Part shown: piece after piece, positions 30,510 to 40,178 of the stretch | Layout: each line of letters begins with the position of its first letter | Numbering within the stretch: the first letter of the stretch is position 1 | Notes under the pieces: model-generated | Database searches by the model: none | Seen by the model: the letters and a program-made list of their open reading frames with translations, nothing else | What the model was told of the DNA's origin: nothing | Translations under genes and position numbers: made by a program | Origin: Candidatus Gottesmanbacteria bacterium | GTDB taxonomy: Bacteria; Patescibacteriota; Microgenomatia; 2-02-FULL-39-11 | Assembly: GCA_016186795.1 (NCBI GenBank) | Contig: JACPKY010000002.1 | Span: 218,593-282,592, forward strand | Reading direction: 5' to 3' | DNA length: 64,000 nt

Positions 30510-31517
30510 TTAGTTGAGTATTTCTGCGAGCCCCCCAATTTCTAGAGCTTCTTTAATTTCCCTGGCTATTCTTCTTCCTGTACTCATAGGCTTATCAAAA
30601 TGATAATCAGAATAAGTTGAACCCTGAGAAAACAGATTTGTACCAGCAACAATCCGGCAGGAAATTTCCATGACATAAAATTCAAGATCATTGGTTACTA
30701 TAGTTTCTATACAAAAAGGTCCATAAAGACCTCGTGGTGGAATTATTTTTTGTGAAGTTTTTATCACTGATTCGGCCATATTATAAGCTTCGGGAAGAAG
30801 TGATTCTCTGATAACAATAGGAAAGTTTCCGGCTACAGTATAGGATGGTTCAAGATCTAAATCTTCTTGGAATTTGTGAGGTAGTCTACCTAGACCATCG
30901 ACATTAGTTTCATACCTGCGATCAACACCCAATAGCTCTACCTGCTTGGATAGGGGAGAATAAAAAAACTGTAAATAAATAGGTATTCCTATAATATATT
31001 CCTGGATAATAAATTCTTTTATATTTATTTTTTCGATCTTTTTGGCAAAGTCATTTTTATTTTTCGCTACAAAATATCCGCTTCCGCCAAGGGCACCATA
31101 AAATTTGACTATAACTAGTCGGTCTATATCCTCAGGGTTTTTATATAATTTAGGCAAACGAATACCGGCTTTTTCTAACCATTCTCTTTGCTTTAACCTA
31201 TCACCTTCCCAAGAAAGTACTTTTTTGTTGCCATAATGCAGCAATTTTAATTTATTATCATAGTCATTTCCCAAATAAGCAACAAATGAACCATGGGGAA
31301 TAATTATGACATTTCTTTTTTTTAAATTATTTTGGATATTATATAAATCTTGATAAGTGGGAATTGTCAAAACTTCGTCGATAAAAGAAAACCTTTGATA
31401 AAAGGAGTTTTTCTTTGGGGTGGCAATAGCCAATGTACTAAATCCTTCATCTTTGGCTCCTTTGAGTATCTGGAGACAAGAATGAGATGCAAGTGTGGCA
31501 ATAGTGTATTTCATCAA
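30510..31517 (-). CDS. purP: Formate--phosphoribosylaminoimidazolecarboxamide ligase (PurP, cluster I-like)
   Basis: IATLASHSCLQILKGAKDEG, PHGSF, GGSGYF, RYETNVDG, RESLL, EISCRIVAGTN. Confidence 0.88.
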   Translation of the reverse strand: MMKYTIATLASHSCLQILKGAKDEGFSTLAIATPKKNSFYQRFSFIDEVLTIPTYQDLYNIQNNLKKRNVIIIPHGSFVAYLGNDYDNKLKLLHYGNKKVLSWEGDRLKQREWLEKAGIRLPKLYKNPEDIDRLVIVKFYGALGGSGYFVAKNKNDFAKKIEKINIKEFIIQEYIIGIPIYLQFFYSPLSKQVELLGVDRRYETNVDGLGRLPHKFQEDLDLEPSYTVAGNFPIVIRESLLPEAYNMAESVIKTSQKIIPPRGLYGPFCIETIVTNDLEFYVMEISCRIVAGTNLFSQGSTYSDYHFDKPMSTGRRIAREIKEALEIGGLAEILN

Positions 31518-32827
31518 TTTTTTATGAAATTCATTTCAGCCAAAAGTTTAGTAATAAACCTTATTCCTTCAAGTCCTGCTTTTTTTACATAAGTTTCATT
31601 TACTCCATGAGTCATGCGTGGAGGAATGAGGTCTTTCTGTGATCGACTCCCCGGACCCATGGTAATTGGTATAAAGCTCTTCTTTATTTCGGTGTTGATG
31701 CAACTATAAATTTTCCCGGTGTCTGTTGAACCTGGATTAATTTCAAAGCGAAGTTGTAAAGAATTGGCTTGTATTTTTTTCATTTTTTGGTAAATTTCAT
31801 CGTTTAATAGTTGTTTTTTTATGCTATAACCGTTGTCAATCTTTTTAACAAATTTGTAATTAATGCGATGTTTATTTAATTCATCGATAAGATTATCAAT
31901 ATGTTTCATTGTTCGTAGATCAAAAATCGCTTTATGCTTAGTGGCTTTTAAGGTTTTGGTTTTGTAAACAATTTTTGGTACGTTGCTCACTCCTTGTGGA
32001 CTTCCCGCTTTTATAAGCTGATTATTGGAGAATTTTGTAGTAAGGAATTGATAAATTAAATTTCCCTCTCTTCTAACTGTGGCGGCGTGACCACCGATTT
32101 GTTCAAACATTTCCCATTGGATATTGGACTTATCAGGCACAGGAATAATACTTGTAGGATTCCACAAATTAATATCATTATATAAAAACTTTTTTAGTGT
32201 TTCTAGCTGTCCAATAACTTCCATTCCGAAGGCTCCATTTTCTCCATAATTTATATACAGAGTAGGTGGAGTTGTTGTTTTTATATTATTTTCTAATGTA
32301 ATAAGATACGTCTTCGATCCCAAGGGTAGTTGGTTACCTAATTGGGTGCCAATTTCTTGAGCAGAAATACCGCCTTGCTCCTCACGGCTAGAAATCGTAA
32401 ACAAAATATTGGAAGTACGAGGGTAATATGCTGCTAGTAGATGAGCTAATAATAGCTGATAAGCCACACCTGCTTTGTCATCATTTACACCTCTTCCAAC
32501 TATAGTTTTAGCATCCTCATAGGGATGAAATGGATCAAATTGTTTGTGCCATTCTTTTTTTTCGGCATGAACTGTGTCGATATGTGATGATAAATAAACA
32601 ATTGGTCTTGAGGGGTTAATTTTTTTACTAATCCCGATAAGATTTTGGGTTTGGTCAAAGTAAAATCTATATTCTTGTAGTTGCTGCTCGAACTCCTGTT
32701 TGCAAAATTTGAGCGCTTTGATAATACCCTTTTTGTTTGAATAAACAGTATTTATAGACACTAAGCGTTTTAATAGAGATAAATAATTTCCATAGCTAGA
32801 TGTGATATGGTTGTCTATTCCCTTCAT
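31514..32827 (-). CDS. M20/M25/M40 family metallohydrolase (ArgE/DapE-like)
   Basis: SHIDTV, GRGVNDDKAG, REE, LEN, GSTD, THGVNE. Confidence 0.85.
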   Translation of the reverse strand: MKGIDNHITSSYGNYLSLLKRLVSINTVYSNKKGIIKALKFCKQEFEQQLQEYRFYFDQTQNLIGISKKINPSRPIVYLSSHIDTVHAEKKEWHKQFDPFHPYEDAKTIVGRGVNDDKAGVAYQLLLAHLLAAYYPRTSNILFTISSREEQGGISAQEIGTQLGNQLPLGSKTYLITLENNIKTTTPPTLYINYGENGAFGMEVIGQLETLKKFLYNDINLWNPTSIIPVPDKSNIQWEMFEQIGGHAATVRREGNLIYQFLTTKFSNNQLIKAGSPQGVSNVPKIVYKTKTLKATKHKAIFDLRTMKHIDNLIDELNKHRINYKFVKKIDNGYSIKKQLLNDEIYQKMKKIQANSLQLRFEINPGSTDTGKIYSCINTEIKKSFIPITMGPGSRSQKDLIPPRMTHGVNETYVKKAGLEGIRFITKLLAEMNFIKN

Positions 32828-32831
32828 ATTT

Positions 32832-35213
32832 TTAACGTATTTTATATGTTTCAGAATTGTAAATTATTTTTTTCTGATCAATAAGTACTTTTCTTGGGCC
32901 TTTCGCAACATATCCAGCTTCCAATCCCTGAAAGCTATTTTTCTTTATAATCGAAAGTGCTTTTGGAACTTCTTTTTTATCTAAAAATAACGCGTAGTCC
33001 ATACCCATATTATATGTTTGATACATCTCGTAATCTGAAAGGTTAGCATGCTTTTGGATAAATAAAAAAACTTCTTGAGGTTGAAATATTTTTTCGATAA
33101 TATAGGAAAAATTCTGCTTGGCGCGCATGAGCTTTCGAAGTCCATGACCAGTGATATTGACAATGTAATGAATATCAATTCCACCAAGGAAAAGCTTTTG
33201 AATAAGATGGGAATATATGTGCGATTTTTGTAAAACTTCTTCGCCAAAAAGTTTTCCATTTGGAAGTTTTGTGGCATAACGTTTGGGAAGTTTCTCTGCA
33301 ATTTTTCGAATTAGAGAAATCCCATTCGCATTTGGGCCATTACTTTTTAGGAAAATAATTCGATCGTTCGCTTTTAGTCTATCGTCAGTGATAAGTCGCT
33401 TTTTTGGCACAATAATTCCAACTACTGAACCTCCCAAATCTGCAGTATCTTTCGTAATAATTCCTTTGAGAGTCGGTGTCTCCCCTCCGCCCCATGTGCA
33501 CCCTGCTTCAATGCATGCGTTTTTCCATCCAGTGACAAAATCGAACAATCTTTGCCTGTTTTGCAACCATGAATTATCCTCAATGGCCCAGTATGCCGAG
33601 CAAACAAGTGGTTTTGCTCCCACAGTAGAAATGTCGTTTACAAAGGTTGCAACTGTATCATGGGCAATAACATCGTAATAGGTCTTTCCGGTAATTTTGT
33701 GCGTTTCATCTGCCACAAGATTTTTTGTTCCCAAGCACTCCAGCACAGTTGCCATATAGACGTCACCTTGTTCCCACACAAATGCGGAAGAACCGCGTGT
33801 TGAGGAAACTTCGGAAAAACCAGAATTTTTCAACTGCAATGCTGTTTCTGCCGCAGCCTTCTGACTAAGCCTCAAAATCGGATCTTTTGTGTCATAGTTA
33901 TCACCAACCTGAGAATACGTCACCGCAAAATTCTTTTTTCGAATGAGGCCTTTTTTTCCTATGTCGTGTCTGTAGTGCATACCAGGAAAATAAATCTTTC
34001 CTTTCCCAATATTCAAATAAGCCTTTTCTATAGCTGCATTCAATGTGTTCCCAACCGCTGTTACTGAAATCACTCTTCCGCCCGAAGAGACAACACGTTC
34101 ACCACGTATTGTTGTTGCCGAGTGGAAAATATGCACATCAGATACATTGTTGACTTTATCAAGTCCAACAAGTACGCTCCCTTTCTTAAAATTACCCGGA
34201 TACCCATCGGATGCTAGTACCACACATACCGCAAATCCGGGATTCCAGGAAAGTTTAAGATTTTGTACCTTTTTCTGCTTTATTGCCAAGAGGATCTCAA
34301 GAAGGTCGGTTTTAAGAAGCGTTAAGACTGGTTGAGTTTCTGGGTCTCCGAAACGGCAATTAAACTCCAATACTTTGGGACCTTCTCTTGTTATGATTAG
34401 CCCCGGATAAAGAATCCCTTCATAGGGAATTCTCTCCTTTTTCATACCAGCAATTATTGGCTTGACTATTTCTCTTTCGATTTTCAGAATCATTTTTTCG
34501 TCAACAAATGGAACTGGAGCATACGCACCCATCCCTCCAGTATTTGGTCCACGATCACCGTCGAATATCCGCTTATGATCTTGAGAAGGAATAAATGAAA
34601 CGAAGTCTTTCCCATCCGATGCCACCATGAATGATATTTCTTTCCCTTCTAAATACTCCTCGATTACTACTTCGTTTCCAGATGATCCAAATATTTTTTT
34701 TACCATAATGTCTTTCAAGAATTTAATCGCCTCGCTTTTTGTTTTGGCCACCAATACCCCCTTCCCTGCCGCATGACCGCTTGCTTTTATAACAAGCGGG
34801 TACGCGTGGTCTCTTAGGTAATTTTTGGCATCTTTGAAACTGCGAAAAGATTTATACTGTGCAGTTGGGATGTTATACTTTTCCATAATCTTTTTGGCAA
34901 AAGCCTTGGATCCTTCAAGACGAGCTGCTTTCTTTGTTGGCCCAATGATCGAAAGGTTATTTTTTTGGAAAAGATCAACAATTCCCTCAATAAGAGGAGC
35001 TTCCGGACCGACAAATGTCAGATCAATCTTTTTCGATTTCGCAAACTGAACTAATTTTTGTTTTTGTGATACGGGAATCGGAATGTTCTGGCTAAGGATC
35101 GAAGTTCCAGGACTACCAGGCGCACAGTAAAGTTTGGTTACATGCTTCGATTGCGATAATTTCCAAACAATTGCATGCTCTCTTCCTCCTGAACCAATAA
35201 CAAGGACTTTCAT
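32832..35213 (-). CDS. purD: Fused GAR synthetase / AIR synthetase (PurD-PurM)
   Basis: N-terminal GSGGREHA, LEGSK, GPNTGGMG, EFNCRFGDPE. C-terminal TYSQVG, LGTKN, GGETP, NITGHG, TYNMG. Confidence 0.92.
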   Translation of the reverse strand: MKVLVIGSGGREHAIVWKLSQSKHVTKLYCAPGSPGTSILSQNIPIPVSQKQKLVQFAKSKKIDLTFVGPEAPLIEGIVDLFQKNNLSIIGPTKKAARLEGSKAFAKKIMEKYNIPTAQYKSFRSFKDAKNYLRDHAYPLVIKASGHAAGKGVLVAKTKSEAIKFLKDIMVKKIFGSSGNEVVIEEYLEGKEISFMVASDGKDFVSFIPSQDHKRIFDGDRGPNTGGMGAYAPVPFVDEKMILKIEREIVKPIIAGMKKERIPYEGILYPGLIITREGPKVLEFNCRFGDPETQPVLTLLKTDLLEILLAIKQKKVQNLKLSWNPGFAVCVVLASDGYPGNFKKGSVLVGLDKVNNVSDVHIFHSATTIRGERVVSSGGRVISVTAVGNTLNAAIEKAYLNIGKGKIYFPGMHYRHDIGKKGLIRKKNFAVTYSQVGDNYDTKDPILRLSQKAAAETALQLKNSGFSEVSSTRGSSAFVWEQGDVYMATVLECLGTKNLVADETHKITGKTYYDVIAHDTVATFVNDISTVGAKPLVCSAYWAIEDNSWLQNRQRLFDFVTGWKNACIEAGCTWGGGETPTLKGIITKDTADLGGSVVGIIVPKKRLITDDRLKANDRIIFLKSNGPNANGISLIRKIAEKLPKRYATKLPNGKLFGEEVLQKSHIYSHLIQKLFLGGIDIHYIVNITGHGLRKLMRAKQNFSYIIEKIFQPQEVFLFIQKHANLSDYEMYQTYNMGMDYALFLDKKEVPKALSIIKKNSFQGLEAGYVAKGPRKVLIDQKKIIYNSETYKIR

Positions 35214-35914
35214 AGAAAATGGGTGCCTTTTGAAATAATCACCTTTCCTCTTCTTACCATTAGCTTCCCTTCACAAAAAAGGGAAATAGCTTCTGGAAGA
35301 ATTAGATGTTCACGTTTTTTCATTCGGGCATAAAGAGAATCTACAGTATCTCTTGGTAAAATTGGGACCTCGCCTCGCAAAATGACAGGCCCCTCATCTA
35401 CCTTTTCGGTAATGAAGTGAACAGTCGATCCTGTAACTGGGAAGTTGTGATCAAGCGCATATTTTACCGCATGATTCGTATGGAGACCCCGAATTGCCAA
35501 TACCTTCTCTCCGCCTACAAGTGTAATCCACTTCTTCTTACCATCTGGCAGGAGTCCTGGATGAAGGTTTATGACTTTATTCGAAAAATACCGAAGAAAG
35601 TATTTTGATACGATAAGCATCCAGCCGGCAAGGACTACTAAATCCACGTGATACTCATCTTTTAGCATTTTCCCTAAATCATGATCATACTGAAAACGGG
35701 TTTTTCCTTCTCGAAGATAATGGGAAAGGTCAAAAATAACTGTGGGGAATTTATATTTTCTTGCCCGTACCAATCCGTATGCATCAGATTCATTGGAAAC
35801 CACAACAACAATTTCTGCATTCTTCACTCTTCCGGTCTTTATTGAGCGAATGATTGCTTCAAGATTGGATCCTGTACCCTTGTTGGATAGCAAAACCGCA
35901 ATCTTTTTCTTCAT
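35210..35914 (-). CDS. purN: Phosphoribosylglycinamide formyltransferase
   Basis: GTGSNL, LVVLAGWM, NLHPGLLP, TGSTVHF..VDEGP. Confidence 0.93.
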   Translation of the reverse strand: MKKKIAVLLSNKGTGSNLEAIIRSIKTGRVKNAEIVVVVSNESDAYGLVRARKYKFPTVIFDLSHYLREGKTRFQYDHDLGKMLKDEYHVDLVVLAGWMLIVSKYFLRYFSNKVINLHPGLLPDGKKKWITLVGGEKVLAIRGLHTNHAVKYALDHNFPVTGSTVHFITEKVDEGPVILRGEVPILPRDTVDSLYARMKKREHLILPEAISLFCEGKLMVRRGKVIISKGTHFL

Positions 35915-35915
35915 T

Positions 35916-37253
35916 TCACATTTTAAATATCGGAAACTTTGATGCGAATAATCGGACCTCACGCCGAATTTTTAGTAAAGTCCTATCACGGTGCACTTTT
36001 TTCTTGAAATTATCCATATACGGTTTTCGCTCTTCTCGCTTTGAGGGAAGCGAAAATAATCGAACAGCCTCAAGAGAGCGGGAAATCCAGTCTGCAACTT
36101 TTATCATGTCTTTAGCTTTGAGACCACGAGTCGTTAATGCCGGAGTTCCAAGTCGAATACCAGATGGATAAAAGGGCGACGAAGGCTCTCCGGGAATTGT
36201 GTTTTTGTTGACAGTAATGCCCGCCACTTCCAGCGCATACTGGGCAAAATATCCCCCTCCGGAACCATAGAGGGGAATCAGATCCACAAGAAGCATATGA
36301 TTTTGCGTCCCATTCCCTACGAGCTTTATACCACGTTTGAGAAGGGAAGCTGCAAGTGTTTTGGCATTTATAACAATTTGCTTCCCATATTTGCGGAAGG
36401 CGGGAGTTTGAGCTTCGCGAAGGGCAATAGCAATTGCAGCTGTTGTGTGATCATGCGGACCACCCTGCAGCCCTGGAAATACGGCTTTATCAATTCTATC
36501 GGCTAAATCTGCATCTTTCTGAAGACCTTTTTTTGTCACCATAATCATCGCTCCCCTCGGACCACGGAGCGTTTTGTGTGTCGTTGTCGTCACAATATGT
36601 GCATATGAAACGGGTGAAAGATGAACTTTGGCAACAACAAGCCCCGCAACATGAGCTATATCGGCAGCCAAATATGCCCCATATGTTGCTGCAAGATCTG
36701 CAAATTTACGAAACGGGAACTCATAGACATACGCTGTAGCTCCTACCCATATAAGTTTTGGTTTGTGCTTTTTTATGAGCATTTCAAGTTCAGTGAAATC
36801 TATTTGTCCAGTTTTATCAACATGATAGAGAACCGGGTTATAAAAAATTCCTGTCGCCGAGACATTCCATCCGTGAGTTAAATGTCCACCATGAGTAAGG
36901 TCTAAACCCATCACCGTATCACCAGGTTTGCACGTTGCCAGATAGACAGCAAGATTTGCTGGAGAGCCAGAATATGGTTGGACATTTACATGAGGAACAC
37001 CAAAAAGCTTTTGCGCCCGAGACATTGCAAGCATTTCTATCTCATCGATATACTCATTTCCACCATAATACCGTTTTTTGGGAAACCCCTCTGAGTACTT
37101 GTTGGTGAGTATCGATCCCATAGCCTCAAGAACTGAGGATGATACGTAATTTTCAGAAGGTATCATTTCTAACCCTTCAATTTGCCGTTTTTCCTCAAGT
37201 TTCATAAAATGGGCAAGTTTCTGGTCTGAGCGGGTAATATTTCTGATATTCAT
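35916..37253 (-). CDS. glyA: Serine hydroxymethyltransferase
   Basis: PSEN, NKYSEG, GGHLTHG, TTTTHKTLRGPRG. SD AAAGGAGG before ATG 37253. Confidence 0.97.
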   Translation of the reverse strand: MNIRNITRSDQKLAHFMKLEEKRQIEGLEMIPSENYVSSSVLEAMGSILTNKYSEGFPKKRYYGGNEYIDEIEMLAMSRAQKLFGVPHVNVQPYSGSPANLAVYLATCKPGDTVMGLDLTHGGHLTHGWNVSATGIFYNPVLYHVDKTGQIDFTELEMLIKKHKPKLIWVGATAYVYEFPFRKFADLAATYGAYLAADIAHVAGLVVAKVHLSPVSYAHIVTTTTHKTLRGPRGAMIMVTKKGLQKDADLADRIDKAVFPGLQGGPHDHTTAAIAIALREAQTPAFRKYGKQIVINAKTLAASLLKRGIKLVGNGTQNHMLLVDLIPLYGSGGGYFAQYALEVAGITVNKNTIPGEPSSPFYPSGIRLGTPALTTRGLKAKDMIKVADWISRSLEAVRLFSLPSKREERKPYMDNFKKKVHRDRTLLKIRREVRLFASKFPIFKM

Positions 37254-37280
37254 GTAACTGCCTCCTTTCATATATGTCAG

Positions 37281-38705
37281 CTAGCAAACATTTTCTAATA
37301 TATTCTTACTAAAACCATAATTTACCTTCATTGGATATTTCCCAGAAAAACATGCTGTGCACAAACGTGATGCCTTAAGCTTAGAAGCTTTGATTAGACC
37401 TTTGAGGCTTAAAAAGCGTAAGGAGTCCGATCCTATAAAGGAATTAATTGCCGAGATTTTCCTGTGAGATGCGATGAGATGTTTCCGATTCGGAGTATCA
37501 ACACCGAAATAACACGAATGTCGAACTGGGGGAGAACAAATGCGTATATGGACCTCGCGCGCACCGCATTTTCTCAAAACCTCAACAATTTTTTTCATGG
37601 TTGTACCACGAACAATTGAGTCATCAACGACAATTAATCTTTTGCCAAAGACAATTTTTTTCATCGGATTGAACTTCGCCTTGACCCCCTGTTCGCGGAT
37701 ATGCTGCTCGGGAGCAATGAATGTTCTTCCGATGTATCTATTTTTGATCAGTACTTCACCGAAGGGAATTCCAGATGCTTGAGAATAGCCAAGGGCAGCG
37801 GACGTCCCAGAATCAGGAACGGCGACAACGAGATCTCCTGCAACAGGTGCTTCATGGGCAAGTATCTTTCCACTTCGTTGTCTGACTTCATGTACGAGCA
37901 CATCATTCAGCAAGCTATCTGGACGGGCAAGATAGACATACTCAAAGAGACAAAATTTTAGCGGCTTCTTACCGATCATTCCAATGGTTGTTAGCCCACT
38001 AGAATCAATTGAAATTACCTCACCATTTCCGACATCTCGAATATAATTTGCCCCGATTGTATCAAGTGCACATGTTTCAGAAGCAACAACATAATACCCG
38101 TTTAATTTCCCAATAACAAGAGGTCGAATACCCCATGGATCACGAAAGGCGAAAAGTTTATTCTTTGTTACTGCAATAATACTATATGCGCCAATAAAAT
38201 CTTTCGAAGCTGCTAAGATTTTTTCTTCCCAACTGGGCTTTGGGTTGTGGAAAATTGATAACGCCAATACCTCCGTATCGCTTGTTGAAAATCGTTTAAC
38301 CCCAACGAGTTTTTTTGCAAGAAGGTCGGCATTGACAATATTTCCGTTATGCGCTACGGCAAAAAAGTTCCCATTTCCCGGGATAATAACAGGTTGAGTA
38401 TTTTGCGGCGTATTTCCGCCTGTTGTTGAATATCGGTTATGACCAACCGCAATAAATCCTTGCAGTTTTGAGAGATTTTCCTCATTGAAGACTGAGGTAA
38501 CTAAACCCATATGTCGGATGCTTCGAAGTTTCTGGCCATCCGATACTGCAATTCCTGCACCTTCTTGCCCACGGTGTTGGAGACTATGAAGAGCATAATA
38601 GGTAATTTTTGCCACCTCAGTATCTGGAGCGTAAATTCCGAATACGCCACATTGATCGTGCAAAGTTTCCTTGTATTTATATCGAGCAATGTCAACAGGT
38701 TGCAT
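37281..38705 (-). CDS. purF: Amidophosphoribosyltransferase (propeptide, Fe-S type)
   Basis: propeptide-CGVFG, LQHRGQE, RYST, CLFEYVY, VDDSIVRGTT, CTAC. Confidence 0.95.
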   Translation of the reverse strand: MQPVDIARYKYKETLHDQCGVFGIYAPDTEVAKITYYALHSLQHRGQEGAGIAVSDGQKLRSIRHMGLVTSVFNEENLSKLQGFIAVGHNRYSTTGGNTPQNTQPVIIPGNGNFFAVAHNGNIVNADLLAKKLVGVKRFSTSDTEVLALSIFHNPKPSWEEKILAASKDFIGAYSIIAVTKNKLFAFRDPWGIRPLVIGKLNGYYVVASETCALDTIGANYIRDVGNGEVISIDSSGLTTIGMIGKKPLKFCLFEYVYLARPDSLLNDVLVHEVRQRSGKILAHEAPVAGDLVVAVPDSGTSAALGYSQASGIPFGEVLIKNRYIGRTFIAPEQHIREQGVKAKFNPMKKIVFGKRLIVVDDSIVRGTTMKKIVEVLRKCGAREVHIRICSPPVRHSCYFGVDTPNRKHLIASHRKISAINSFIGSDSLRFLSLKGLIKASKLKASRLCTACFSGKYPMKVNYGFSKNILENVC

Positions 38706-38712
38706 CAGCTTT

Positions 38713-39180
38713 TCATCCAAGAGCTTTCTGGCTACCGACAATTTTCTTTTTTATACGCTTTTGATATTTAGTGACTTTCTTTGTAAGTTCTGCGCTTCCG
38801 AGAGCTAACATTTTCGAGGCAGCAAGTGCAGCTTGCTCCGGTTCAAGAACTGTTACAGGGGAAACACCCGAAGGCATCCGAAGGCTTGATAGAATATCAA
38901 GTCCTGCATACTTCTCACTATATGGTGGGCAGTTGATAACAGGGTGAACAACGTGAGCATCAACAAATCCACCAAGCGCATTTGAGCCTCCTGCAATGCA
39001 AATATAAACCAATGGTTTATTTTGCTTTTCGTATTTTCTGACAATCTCAAGTAAGTATTCGGGAGTTTTATGAGCCGAGGCAATATGGGTATGATGCGAA
39101 ACGCCAAATTCTTGAAGAACTCCTGTGATTTTCTGTGCCCATTGGCGGTCTTTCTCTGATCCAAGTAATAACACAACCAT
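38713..39180 (-). CDS. purE: AIR carboxylase, class II PurE
   Basis: GSEKD, SAHK, AGGSNALG, PVINCPP, SSLRMPSG. Confidence 0.88.
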   Translation of the reverse strand: MVVLLLGSEKDRQWAQKITGVLQEFGVSHHTHIASAHKTPEYLLEIVRKYEKQNKPLVYICIAGGSNALGGFVDAHVVHPVINCPPYSEKYAGLDILSSLRMPSGVSPVTVLEPEQAALAASKMLALGSAELTKKVTKYQKRIKKKIVGSQKALG

Positions 39181-39187
39181 AGAACTT

Positions 39188-40153
39188 CTACGTGAGATAT
39201 TTTTTAATTGCATATTTAATTGATGACTCAAGGGGATATTTTTCCATCTTCAATTTTTTCCCAGTTATGAGTTCGTAAATTTTTATATACCGTTTGGAGG
39301 TCTCTCGTTGAAGATCGAAACTCATTTTGGGAGGCCTTCCATCACCCCGATATCCTTGCTTGGTGTACCATACTCGGAAAAATTCCTTATCAAAGTTCTC
39401 TGGTTCTTTCCCTTCCGCGAATCGTTTCCTATAGCTATCTTTCCTCCAAAACCTACTTGAGTCTGGAGTATGGATTTCATCGATTAACATGAGTTTACCA
39501 CCAAAATCTGCGAATTCATATTTTGTATCAACAAGAATAAGACCTTGCGCCGCACAAATTTGCTGACCTTTGGTAAAAAGCGCAAGCGATATTCTTTCCA
39601 TCTTTTTGTATAAATCCGAAGGCACGAGCCCCCTTTTTATTATTTCTTCTCGAGTCAACTTTTCATCATGCTGCCCTTTTTCGGCTTTTGTTGTCGGGGT
39701 AATAATTGGACGTGGAAGCTTTTCGTTTTTTCGAAGTCCCTCGGAAAATTGTATCCCATACACGAGACGTTCTCCACGTTCATACGCATACCAAATTGAT
39801 GTTTTGGTAACTCCTGTTATAAATCCACGAACAATCATCTCTACCGGATATGGATGAGCATCATGGACAACCGAAACATTCGGATGAATAACATCGATGA
39901 GGTGATTATCAACAATATCAGATGTTTTGGCAAACCAAAATGCCGAAAGTTGGTTCAGGACTTGTCCCTTGTATGGAATATATCCCAATACACGATCAAA
40001 GGCAGATATTCTATCGGTTGTAATAATAATTCGCTTGTTGGGGATAAAATAAAAATCTCTGACCTTCCCTTGATACTTCCTGCCGAGATTGCCTATATTG
40101 ACAGTTCGCAAAGTCTTGGTTGACGAGTAGCGTACATTCGAACGTCTTTTCAT
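39188..40153 (-). CDS. purC: SAICAR synthase (long type)
   Basis: GKVRD, DRISAFD, DTKYEF, DEIHTPDSSRFW, DKEFFR. Confidence 0.95.
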   Translation of the reverse strand: MKRRSNVRYSSTKTLRTVNIGNLGRKYQGKVRDFYFIPNKRIIITTDRISAFDRVLGYIPYKGQVLNQLSAFWFAKTSDIVDNHLIDVIHPNVSVVHDAHPYPVEMIVRGFITGVTKTSIWYAYERGERLVYGIQFSEGLRKNEKLPRPIITPTTKAEKGQHDEKLTREEIIKRGLVPSDLYKKMERISLALFTKGQQICAAQGLILVDTKYEFADFGGKLMLIDEIHTPDSSRFWRKDSYRKRFAEGKEPENFDKEFFRVWYTKQGYRGDGRPPKMSFDLQRETSKRYIKIYELITGKKLKMEKYPLESSIKYAIKKYLT

Positions 40154-40178
40154 ACGCGAAACTGTATCGGGAAAATCC

